This document shows positions 56,337 through 64,000 of a stretch of DNA of 64,000 nucleotides, in pieces (position 1 is the first letter of the stretch; each line of letters begins with the position of its first letter). The translations under genes and the position numbers were made by a program. Source of the DNA: Halorutilales archaeon Cl-col2-1 (GTDB lineage Archaea > Halobacteriota > Halobacteria > Halobacteriales > Afararchaeaceae). The notes beneath the pieces are model-generated. The model was not told the origin of the DNA. It did not search any database and was given only the letters and a program-made list of their open reading frames with translations. The stretch spans positions 800,001 through 864,000 of the forward strand of contig CP169074.1 in the NCBI GenBank assembly GCA_041891055.1. The letters run 5' to 3'.

Positions 56337-58121
56337 ATGCGTTCTAGTCTCAGGAAGTCGGTAGCCGTCTTGGTTCTGTTCGCCGTCTGTGTACAGCCAG
56401 TCACAGCCACTGTACACGTCCCTGCTGTGACGAAAGACGGTGACCAGGGTGGCGTCGCAGAGGTCGGGGTTACAATACACGAAGGCACCGGGGAGGTCAC
56501 CGTCAAGGGAGAGGGGGACACAGAGATAGGCGAAACTCTGAGGGGGAGCGCGTATCTCGCGGCGTTCGTGGCGAGCGACATGACCGACATCGACATGTCG
56601 AAGTACGACTTCGTATACAGAGTCGAGATCAACTCAGAGGCGATCGACGGCCCGAGCGCTGGCGCGGCTATGGCTGTCGAGACCGTAGCCGAGATAGAGG
56701 GCTGGGAGACTGACGACACCGTGATCACGGGGATGGTCAATCCCGACGGTAGCATAGGTCCTGTGGGTGGAGTCGACGACAAGCTCAACTTCTCGGCGTC
56801 GGAGGGATACGACAGGCTCGTAGTTCCGACGGGGCAGACGAGGATAAAGGGAATTGAGAGGGGTCCACGTGGGTCAAGGATAACCGAGACGACCAACCTC
56901 ACAAGGATAGGCAACCAGAGAAACGTCGAAGTCGTAGAGGTCGACTCGGTCGCGGAAGGGGTCTATGCCGCCACGGGGAAGAACGTGACACAGAGTACCG
57001 AAAACGTGACGGACACAGACACGTCGGTGCGGTCGGAGTCGTTTACGAGACGGATGAGAGGTCTCGCCTCGAATCTCAGAAACTCGTCACACAGCCTCCT
57101 CGAAGAGTCGCGTGAGAGAGGCATAAACACGTCTCAGGCTGAGAACGAGATCGATACGGGGGAGAGCTACTTCGACAACGAATCTTACTACTCTAGCACG
57201 AGTTCCTTCTTCCAGTCGATGATAAGCATGAGGTCGGCGATATTCGAGAGAAAGATAGAGGACGAGGGTCTCGACGCAGTCAAGCAGGAAGTAAGGGGCG
57301 AGATAGACACGAGCAAGGAGTACCTGGAGTCACGGAGAGAGACGACCGCGCTCACGGGTTTACAGGCTTCGGAGTCACGTATAACGAAGGCTGAGGCACG
57401 TCTCGAAGGCGTCGGAAGCCTCGAATCAACGGAGATAGACGTCGCCGCGAACCGTCTCGGCTTCGCTTACGAGAGGGCGAGAACAGCACGTTACTGGGTC
57501 AACGTGACACAGCAGCCCGAGGACGAGATACGTGACTATCCACGTATAAAGACGGTCGCGAAGTCACATCTCGACAGAACTGAGAGGGTCTGGGACTACT
57601 TCAGGGTGATGTTCGACCTCCCCCAGAACTTCAGACCCAACAGTCTCACGACAGCACGCACCAACTACGAGAAGGGCTACTACTACGGCTCGATGATCGA
57701 CTCGCTATCCGCCTTCGGGGTTCTATCAGCGCGTCTCCAGTCCTTCGATGTCGACCCCGACATCACACGCGAGTACCAGACGTCGAAACGTGAGGCAAGA
57801 GCCGAGATACTCGACGCACAGAGACAGGGGATAGACTCGACCCTACCCGTGAGTCTCTACCTCTTCAGCCAGAACTCCCTCGACGACGAGAGGATGAAGT
57901 TCGAGGTCTACGAACAGGCGAAGCTCATAGCCAAGTACAACGCACAGATAAAGGAGCCGCCGTCGAAGACCCCCGCTAAGCTCAAAGAAGTACGTGACCC
58001 CATCGTAAATCCGGGTCCCGACAGCATCATCAGACCTGGGACGCCGCTCGCTGTCGCGGCTCTCGTCTTAGTGGGTCTCCTCGCGTCTGTCCTCGTGAGA
58101 CGTCTCAAGCCCAGACACTGA
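56337..58121 (+). CDS. Secreted, membrane-anchored S16 (Lon proteolytic domain) serine protease, COG1750-like
   Basis: Signal peptide, DGPSAG catalytic Ser, ITG...PDG.IGPVGG...K, helical C-terminal region, terminal TM followed by RR.K. No AAA+ domain. Confidence 0.88.
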   Translation: MRSSLRKSVAVLVLFAVCVQPVTATVHVPAVTKDGDQGGVAEVGVTIHEGTGEVTVKGEGDTEIGETLRGSAYLAAFVASDMTDIDMSKYDFVYRVEINSEAIDGPSAGAAMAVETVAEIEGWETDDTVITGMVNPDGSIGPVGGVDDKLNFSASEGYDRLVVPTGQTRIKGIERGPRGSRITETTNLTRIGNQRNVEVVEVDSVAEGVYAATGKNVTQSTENVTDTDTSVRSESFTRRMRGLASNLRNSSHSLLEESRERGINTSQAENEIDTGESYFDNESYYSSTSSFFQSMISMRSAIFERKIEDEGLDAVKQEVRGEIDTSKEYLESRRETTALTGLQASESRITKAEARLEGVGSLESTEIDVAANRLGFAYERARTARYWVNVTQQPEDEIRDYPRIKTVAKSHLDRTERVWDYFRVMFDLPQNFRPNSLTTARTNYEKGYYYGSMIDSLSAFGVLSARLQSFDVDPDITREYQTSKREARAEILDAQRQGIDSTLPVSLYLFSQNSLDDERMKFEVYEQAKLIAKYNAQIKEPPSKTPAKLKEVRDPIVNPGPDSIIRPGTPLAVAALVLVGLLASVLVRRLKPRH

Positions 58122-58128
58122 TCCAATC

Positions 58129-59616
58129 ATGCTCGTACTCGGAACCTCGTCACACGTCGGAAAGAGCACCGTAGTCGCGGGGCTATGCCGTCTCCTCTCC
58201 GACGAAGGGTACGAAGTCGCACCGTTCAAGGCTCAGAACATGAGCAATAACTCATGGGTGACCTCCGAAGGCGGTGAGATAGGAATATCACAGGCTGTAC
58301 AGGCGTGGGCGGCGCGTAAGGAGCCATCCGTCGAGATGAACCCCGTCCTCCTCAAGCCGAAGGGCGACGGTGTCTCGCAGGTAGTACTCCTCGGAGACGT
58401 ACATGGCGACAGGGAGACGGGAGAGTACTACGACGAGTTCGACGAGATGAGACGCCACGCGAAAGAGGCGTACGAGAGACTCGCAGACGAGAACGACGTC
58501 GTAGTCGCCGAGGGTGCGGGGGGAGCGGCGGAGATCAACCTACAAGACCGTGACCTCTCGAACACAGAGACTGCGCGGTTCGCCGACTCGCCAGTAGTAC
58601 TCGTCGCCGACATAGAGAGGGGAGGTGTCTTCGCGAGCGTCTATGGAACTCTCGAACTCCTCCCCAACGACATACGTGAGAACGTCAAGGGTGTGATCAT
58701 CAACAAGTTCAGGGGATCGCTCGACGTCCTGGAGCCGGGACTCGAAGAGCTCGAAGACCTAACGGGAGTCCGAGTCTTAGGCGTCCTGCCCTACACCGAC
58801 CTCGGCCTCCCCTCCGAGGACTCGTTGTCGATAGACGACAAGCCGGCGTCGGAGGACAGATACGATGACGGAGAAGCCGAAGTAGCCGTCGTGCGTCTTC
58901 CACGTATCTCGAACTTCACCGACTTCGAGCCTCTTGAACGCGAGGAGCGGGTCAAGGTCAGATACGTCGATCTTGCCGACTCTCTCGGAGATCCCGACGC
59001 CGTCATTATCCCCGGCACTAAGAACACAGTCGACGACCTCGTGAGCCTGAAGGAGACTAACCTCTTCAATGAGATTAGATCGTACGACGGCGTCGTCGTC
59101 GGTGTGTGTGGAGGGTTCCAGATGCTCGGCGAGTGGGTAGTAGACGAGGGCAACGAGTCGGTTGACGACGAGACACAGAGGATAGAGGGTCTCGGACTTG
59201 TCCCGGTCAGAACACGGTTCGACTCGTCGGAGAGTGGATACGCCGATGACAGACGGAAGACGACCCGACAGGTCGAGCTAAGAGCCACAGGAGACGGGCT
59301 CCTCTCGGATTTCGAGGGCACCGTAGAGGGCTACGAAATACATATGGGGGAGACGGACGAGGTCGGAGAGTCTCCGGGACTTGAATCCGCCTTCGGACAT
59401 GACGGTGTCGTGACAGACCGTGTCCTCGGAACGTACCTCCACGGTCTCTTCTCGAACGACGGCTTCCGTGACGCCTTCGTAGACGCCATAGGTGGCTGTT
59501 CCGAGTCCTCAAGCTCTCCTGACTCCGATCCCTACGACGATGCGGCACGTCTTCTGAGGGAGAATATTGATACACAGGCTATCATAAAGATGGCTGAGTC
59601 GGAGAAAGCAGAATAG
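58129..59616 (+). CDS. cobQ: Cobyric acid synthase
   Basis: GT.S.VGKS, PFKAQNMSNN, MNPVLLKP, DIERGG, NKFRG, CGGFQMLG, GYEIHMG, GTYLHGLF. Confidence 0.95.
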   Translation: MLVLGTSSHVGKSTVVAGLCRLLSDEGYEVAPFKAQNMSNNSWVTSEGGEIGISQAVQAWAARKEPSVEMNPVLLKPKGDGVSQVVLLGDVHGDRETGEYYDEFDEMRRHAKEAYERLADENDVVVAEGAGGAAEINLQDRDLSNTETARFADSPVVLVADIERGGVFASVYGTLELLPNDIRENVKGVIINKFRGSLDVLEPGLEELEDLTGVRVLGVLPYTDLGLPSEDSLSIDDKPASEDRYDDGEAEVAVVRLPRISNFTDFEPLEREERVKVRYVDLADSLGDPDAVIIPGTKNTVDDLVSLKETNLFNEIRSYDGVVVGVCGGFQMLGEWVVDEGNESVDDETQRIEGLGLVPVRTRFDSSESGYADDRRKTTRQVELRATGDGLLSDFEGTVEGYEIHMGETDEVGESPGLESAFGHDGVVTDRVLGTYLHGLFSNDGFRDAFVDAIGGCSESSSSPDSDPYDDAARLLRENIDTQAIIKMAESEKAE

Positions 59617-59617
59617 A

Positions 59618-60118
59618 TCAGTCCTCGAGCCTCTCGATCTCGTGGACGAGTTTCTCGACCGCCTTCCTCGCTATCTCCTCGCGGTTCTCTTCCCTGTTAC
59701 CGTCTACTTCGACCCTCTTGACGGCGGTATAGGACTCTTCGGAGCCCCAGTCCCCGGCATACGAGACACCGAGATAAGCCGTTCCCACTGGGTCGTCGTC
59801 TCCTCCCGTAGGTCCCGCGTACCCCGTCGTCGATACTCCCCACGTCGTGCCCGCTCTGTCACGCGCTGCTTTCGCCATCTCTCCGGCGACTTCCTCGCTT
59901 ACAGCACCGTATCGGTCGAGACTCTCGCGGTCTATCCCGAGATGTCTCGTCTTCGAGTCGTAGGTATATGTCACGAAGGCGGTCTCGAAGTAGTCGCTCG
60001 CACCGGGTGTCCTCGTGAGAAGATACGCCACCATTCCATCGGTACACGACTCGGCTGTCGCAACTGTCGAGTGGTTTCTCCGGAGAGCGTTTGAGACGCG
60101 TCTGTGTAGCTTCGACAT
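59618..60118 (-). CDS. CinA C-terminal domain (PncC-like) protein
   Basis: ATAESCT.G, PGAS.YF, GAVSEEVA..MA, TGYAGP.G. Confidence 0.9.
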   Translation of the reverse strand: MSKLHRRVSNALRRNHSTVATAESCTDGMVAYLLTRTPGASDYFETAFVTYTYDSKTRHLGIDRESLDRYGAVSEEVAGEMAKAARDRAGTTWGVSTTGYAGPTGGDDDPVGTAYLGVSYAGDWGSEESYTAVKRVEVDGNREENREEIARKAVEKLVHEIERLED

Positions 60119-60193
60119 GGTCTTGGTGTATACTTCCCGGGGACATAGTAGTTTCCGACAGCTTAAACTGACGAGACGGCGTAAATCCGGAGG

Positions 60194-60454
60194 ATGAGAA
60201 AGGAGTTCCTCGAAAGGGTAGGTATCAGGAGAAACGCCGTAGTCGGCGGTGTTCTGGGGCTCGTCGTCGGGGGCTTCTTCTTCTACGTCCGAGCAATCAA
60301 CGCCACGAACAATACCTATCCACTATACCTATACGCAGGTCTCTCCGTCGTCTCCGCCGTCGCTCTCACGGGCTTCGTGACTATAACACTCACGCTCATC
60401 AGCTGGCTCAGGCTGGGTCTGAGAGAGAAAGAAAAAGAGACTGAGACTGACTGA
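60194..60454 (+). CDS. Small membrane protein (2 TM)
   Basis: 86 aa with two hydrophobic helices. Confidence 0.7.
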   Translation: MRKEFLERVGIRRNAVVGGVLGLVVGGFFFYVRAINATNNTYPLYLYAGLSVVSAVALTGFVTITLTLISWLRLGLREKEKETETD

Positions 60455-61633
60455 CTACGACCGAGCCATCTTCTTGAGACGTTTCTCGCCCGACCGCGTG
60501 CCTCTCGCTATCACTGTGTCGTCGGCTTCGAGACGTGTCTCAGCGTAGGGATTGTATATCCAGCCCTCTTCCCGTCTCACAGCCATGACGTGCATACCCG
60601 TCTTGGTCTCCAGGTTGAGGCTACCAAGCGTCTCGGAGTCGAGCTTACTACCCCCCTCAACCTGAACCTGGGCAATTATCTCGTTGCTCTCCCTCACAGC
60701 CTCAGAGAAGACGGGATGTAGATCGATGTCACGCATAGTGACGTCAGCCATCTCAAGAGCCGCATCGGAGATGACCTCCGACGAGATAGCGAGATGTATG
60801 AGACCTCTCAGGTTCGAGGGGTTCTCGACCTGACACGCCGACTCGAGAACCCAGTCCTCTAAGTCCTGCATGAGGTCGTCCGACTCCGATTCGAGAACCT
60901 GAACCTGGCTAGCTATCCTCTCACTCTCAAAGAGAGTGGCGCTGTAAGCGAGACCCACTGAGAGCTCTGCCTTATTCTTCATCTCGATTATCGCCTTGAC
61001 CGCCTTATCGAGATCCTCTATCGCGCTTGCGACTGCACCTTCGTACGACTTCTCCTCTCCGGTCAGCAGGAGATGAACGTCTCTCAGACCCTCCTCGGGA
61101 CCCTCACAGAAGACGACGTCGTTCTTGAGGACACGTGTCTCCTTCTGTGGAGCGAATATCCAGTCGTTGTCACGTTTTATAGCGAAGACGTGAACCCCTG
61201 TCTGTGTTTCGAGGTCAGTCTCCCCGAGCGACTTTCCCGCGATATCGGAGCCCTCGTCGACACACACACGCATCACCGACTCCTTAGCCTCAGGGAGAGC
61301 ACCCCTCAGCGACTCGGGGAGACCCATCTCTCTGAGAAGAACTTCGGCTATGTCCTCGGCGGCGTTCGATATCTTCTCGGCGGCTCCTACGATCTGGAAG
61401 ATTCCGACGAGCTTCTCGGCGTCATCTGAGCTTCGCGCGGCGAGCATCAGAGCGATACGGGCGTGGTACTGGAGAAAGTTCATCCTATCTTCGAGTTCGA
61501 GAACCTCCTGTGCTATCTCACGGTTCTTGAACAGAACCGCGGTGTAGGCGAGGTCGACCATGAGCTCGGAGGTGTCCTTCATCTCCGTGAGTATCTCCTT
61601 GACGTTACGTGGCTCGTACTCTATGCCGCGCAT
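60455..61633 (-). CDS. PhoU + TrkA-C domain protein (duplicated)
   Basis: Two EMK..SEL.V.LAY units each followed by a TrkA-C domain (LET.TG.HV.A..R...WI). Confidence 0.88.
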   Translation of the reverse strand: MRGIEYEPRNVKEILTEMKDTSELMVDLAYTAVLFKNREIAQEVLELEDRMNFLQYHARIALMLAARSSDDAEKLVGIFQIVGAAEKISNAAEDIAEVLLREMGLPESLRGALPEAKESVMRVCVDEGSDIAGKSLGETDLETQTGVHVFAIKRDNDWIFAPQKETRVLKNDVVFCEGPEEGLRDVHLLLTGEEKSYEGAVASAIEDLDKAVKAIIEMKNKAELSVGLAYSATLFESERIASQVQVLESESDDLMQDLEDWVLESACQVENPSNLRGLIHLAISSEVISDAALEMADVTMRDIDLHPVFSEAVRESNEIIAQVQVEGGSKLDSETLGSLNLETKTGMHVMAVRREEGWIYNPYAETRLEADDTVIARGTRSGEKRLKKMARS

Positions 61634-61743
61634 TAGTACACGGTTGGTCGTCGCTGAGGTAAATCTTTGGTATGTCTTGTCACACGAGTAGGACGTACGT
61701 CTGACGCAGGCTATTTGAGGTTAGAGGTCAACTCTGGATTAAG

Positions 61744-62397
61744 ATGGATGAGCCGTCCGTACGTACTACTCAGAAGGAGACCGACTCGGGCGAGAGCCGA
61801 GAGGCAGGGAAGTCCGACACGTCTGAGAACGACTTCGACTCGGATGAAGTTCTGGAAGTCGATCTGAAGGAAGAGAATCTGAGAGACGGCTTGTCGAAGC
61901 TCGCCGACCTCCACGACCTCAGACAGGAGTACAAGGATGAGATAAGAAGACTTGAGGAGAGGGTGGAAGAGCTGGAGGATGAAAACGAGAGACTGAGGCG
62001 TGAGAAGAGGGAGGCTGTGTCGAGTCTGGAGGAGATGACTCAGACAGTCGAGGACGAGAGACGTAGTCGGTCGGAGGAGGTCGAGGATCTTAGGGAGAGG
62101 GTCGAGTCACTCAAGAGAGACAAGAAACAGCTTTACACGAAGCTCAAGTCAAACGAGGCGAAGATCGAGAGGAAGGAGAAGAAGTATAAGAAGGCAGTTG
62201 AGGAGCTAGAGGAGAAAGCCGAGGAACGTATAGAGGGTCTCGAAGACACCGTCGCACGTCTCGAATACGAGAAGTCGAAGCTGATACAGGACAGAGAGGA
62301 CAGGCGGAAGATAAAGGCGTACCTCAAGAAACAGAAGGAGTACAGGGAAGCTTCTCTTCCGAGACGTATCAAGTGGTGGCTCCTCGGGAAGGACTGA
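61744..62397 (+). CDS. Coiled-coil hypothetical protein
   Basis: Long E/K/R/L heptad region ending in RRIKWWLLG. Confidence 0.75.
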   Translation: MDEPSVRTTQKETDSGESREAGKSDTSENDFDSDEVLEVDLKEENLRDGLSKLADLHDLRQEYKDEIRRLEERVEELEDENERLRREKREAVSSLEEMTQTVEDERRSRSEEVEDLRERVESLKRDKKQLYTKLKSNEAKIERKEKKYKKAVEELEEKAEERIEGLEDTVARLEYEKSKLIQDREDRRKIKAYLKKQKEYREASLPRRIKWWLLGKD

Positions 62398-62452
62398 ACT
62401 GAGCGACGGATGGCGTAGCAGGAGTTAAGTCGAGCCACGAGGATAGACGTGT

Positions 62453-63043
62453 ATGGATCAGACGCGCGAGATATTAGAGAGAAGCGCGGAGATCTACAAA
62501 GAAGCAGTTCCTGTTCTCCTGGTCAGCCTCGTCGGTGGTCTCTTCGCGGGTGTTTTTCTCGGAGGGAGCGGCATGAGATCGGCGATGGAGTCGATCCCGG
62601 GTCTTCTCGTAATGGTACCCGCTATGCTCGCTACGAGGGGCAATGTCTACGGCTCTCTCGGGGCTCGTATCTCGACGGGTCTCCATCAGGGTCTCGTAGA
62701 GCCGAGGTTCGAGTACGACGAGAGGCTGGCTAACGCCGTGACGGCTTCTGTGGTAAACGGCATATCGATTTCAGTTCTGATAGGTGTCGCGTCGTGGCTA
62801 CTCCTGCCTCTCCTCGGAAGACAGCCCGCACCTCTCACGAGTCTCGTCGGGATATCCGTCGTGGCTGCTGTTCTTAGTGGTGTCACACTCACATTCTTCC
62901 TCTTGGTCGTCCTCTTCGTGGGATACAGACGCGGACTCGATCCCGACCTCCTCATAGGACCCATAGTAACGACATCGGGAGACGTATTCGGGGTCATCTA
63001 TCTCTACATAGGCGTCGTGATAGTCGACGGAGGCTTTCTGTAA
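62453..63043 (+). CDS. MgtE-like integral membrane domain protein
   Basis: PA..ATRGN..G...AR.ST.LH.G, LDPD...PIVTT.GD. Confidence 0.88.
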   Translation: MDQTREILERSAEIYKEAVPVLLVSLVGGLFAGVFLGGSGMRSAMESIPGLLVMVPAMLATRGNVYGSLGARISTGLHQGLVEPRFEYDERLANAVTASVVNGISISVLIGVASWLLLPLLGRQPAPLTSLVGISVVAAVLSGVTLTFFLLVVLFVGYRRGLDPDLLIGPIVTTSGDVFGVIYLYIGVVIVDGGFL

Positions 63044-63606
63044 TGTCAGTCGACTCGTCATGGAATTTAAGGAGGCTCGTGGCTTCGACCTTTCCGCTCC
63101 TCGTAGTTCTGTCGGCTCTCGAAATGGGATCAGGTGTGATACTCGAAGGTCTCCGAGACTCCTATCTCAACAACCCGTCTCTCCTCGTCCTTGTTCCCGT
63201 AATGATAGGCATGGGAGGTAACCTCGGCTCTATGCTGTCGTCACGTCTCTCGACGAGGCTCCATCTCGGAACCACGAGACTCGATCCACGCGACCCGGTG
63301 GTGGCGTCGAATATAGTCGCCGTCTTCGGTCTAGCCCTGACAGTCTTCGTTCTACTCGGATTCTCGACGTACGGCTTGGGAAGAACCGTCATACAAGGGA
63401 GTCTGAGCCTCGCCACGGTTCTGACTGTCTCGGTCTTGAGTGGAACCGTACTCGCGTCCGTGGTAGTAGTGGTGAGCCTCGTGGCGACGTATCTGGCTTA
63501 CGTTACCGGAGTCGATCCCGACGATGTCGTCATACCCGTAGTGACTAACGTCTGTGATATACTCGGCGTAGTGATACTCACCGCCGTGGTAATCTTAGTC
63601 GTTTAG
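63043..63606 (+). CDS. MgtE-like integral membrane domain protein
   Basis: PV.IG.GGNLGS.LSSRLST.LHLG, DPDDVVIPVVTN..D. Confidence 0.88.
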   Translation: MSVDSSWNLRRLVASTFPLLVVLSALEMGSGVILEGLRDSYLNNPSLLVLVPVMIGMGGNLGSMLSSRLSTRLHLGTTRLDPRDPVVASNIVAVFGLALTVFVLLGFSTYGLGRTVIQGSLSLATVLTVSVLSGTVLASVVVVVSLVATYLAYVTGVDPDDVVIPVVTNVCDILGVVILTAVVILVV

Positions 63607-63999
63607 ACTCGACGAGAGCCAGTTGGCGTACTCCTGAGGCACTCCCTCTATGTCGAGAGCGTCGACGCCGTGTCCCTCGCCTTCGTACTCGTGTATCTCG
63701 GCTCCCATAGACTCGCCGAGAGATCTCGCGTCGCTCCTCGCGGCTTCAGATCGATCCTCGGAGAAATAGCCCACGAAAGCCGGGTCGTCGTAGTTATCAG
63801 CCTCCTCGACGACTTCTATGCCTCTGTACGAGTTCGCGGGGGACAGGAGGAGAACTGCGTCGGGGTCGCCCTCAGAGACGTAGTCAAGGACGGCGTTAGC
63901 GCCTATGCTGGCTCCCGCCATACCGGTTCGGGAGTCGTCAGCTCCGTTCTCGAAGAGATAAGACTCCGCCGCGGCGACGTCTTTGACCATCGCACCGAA
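63595..63999 (-). CDS. Alpha/beta hydrolase, 5' partial
   Basis: GASIG nucleophile elbow, LLSP, GHG. The frame continues past the window end. Confidence 0.8.
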   Translation of the reverse strand, partial: FGAMVKDVAAAESYLFENGADDSRTGMAGASIGANAVLDYVSEGDPDAVLLLSPANSYRGIEVVEEADNYDDPAFVGYFSEDRSEAARSDARSLGESMGAEIHEYEGEGHGVDALDIEGVPQEYANWLSSSLND

Positions 64000-64000
64000 G

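Overview
Gene-dense chromosomal window from a halophilic archaeon. The evidence is the strongly acidic proteins plus TFIIB, a thermosome subunit, the RFC large subunit, TrmY and archaeal-type tRNAs. Frequent AGA/ATA codons and a COG1750-like protease hint at a non-classical lineage such as Halorutilus-like organisms (inference only). About 65 protein genes and two tRNA-Pro genes (TGG at 2166-2238 on +, GGG at 56154-56227 on -) are supported. Housekeeping blocks are thermosome/ArsA-GET3/RFC, a branched-chain amino-acid ABC transporter, purK/purE, a pilB/pilC-like pair, the anaerobic cobalamin cluster cbiT-L-F-G-H-H-fdx-propeller-cobT plus cobQ, and TrkA-C/MgtE genes. The most unusual items are: (1) a DUF1102-type Tat fimbrial-subunit gene fused to a C-terminal NosL-like metal-binding domain, with its own S26 signal peptidase and a shortened DUF5305-like partner, directly upstream of the cobalamin operon; (2) a tnpB-only IS200/IS605 element inserted into the loop of a host palindrome, whose right end/omega-RNA region carries two nested ~50-nt double-hairpin (9-3-9) insertions; (3) a Tat-exported propeller-PKD-TM receptor with a degenerate Ser/Thr kinase domain; (4) a gene cluster resembling the mycobacterial DosR dormancy locus; (5) an orphan E1-YcaO cyclodehydratase; (6) apparent avoidance of GGCC in host genes. 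All family assignments come from motif recognition by eye; no database searches were run.
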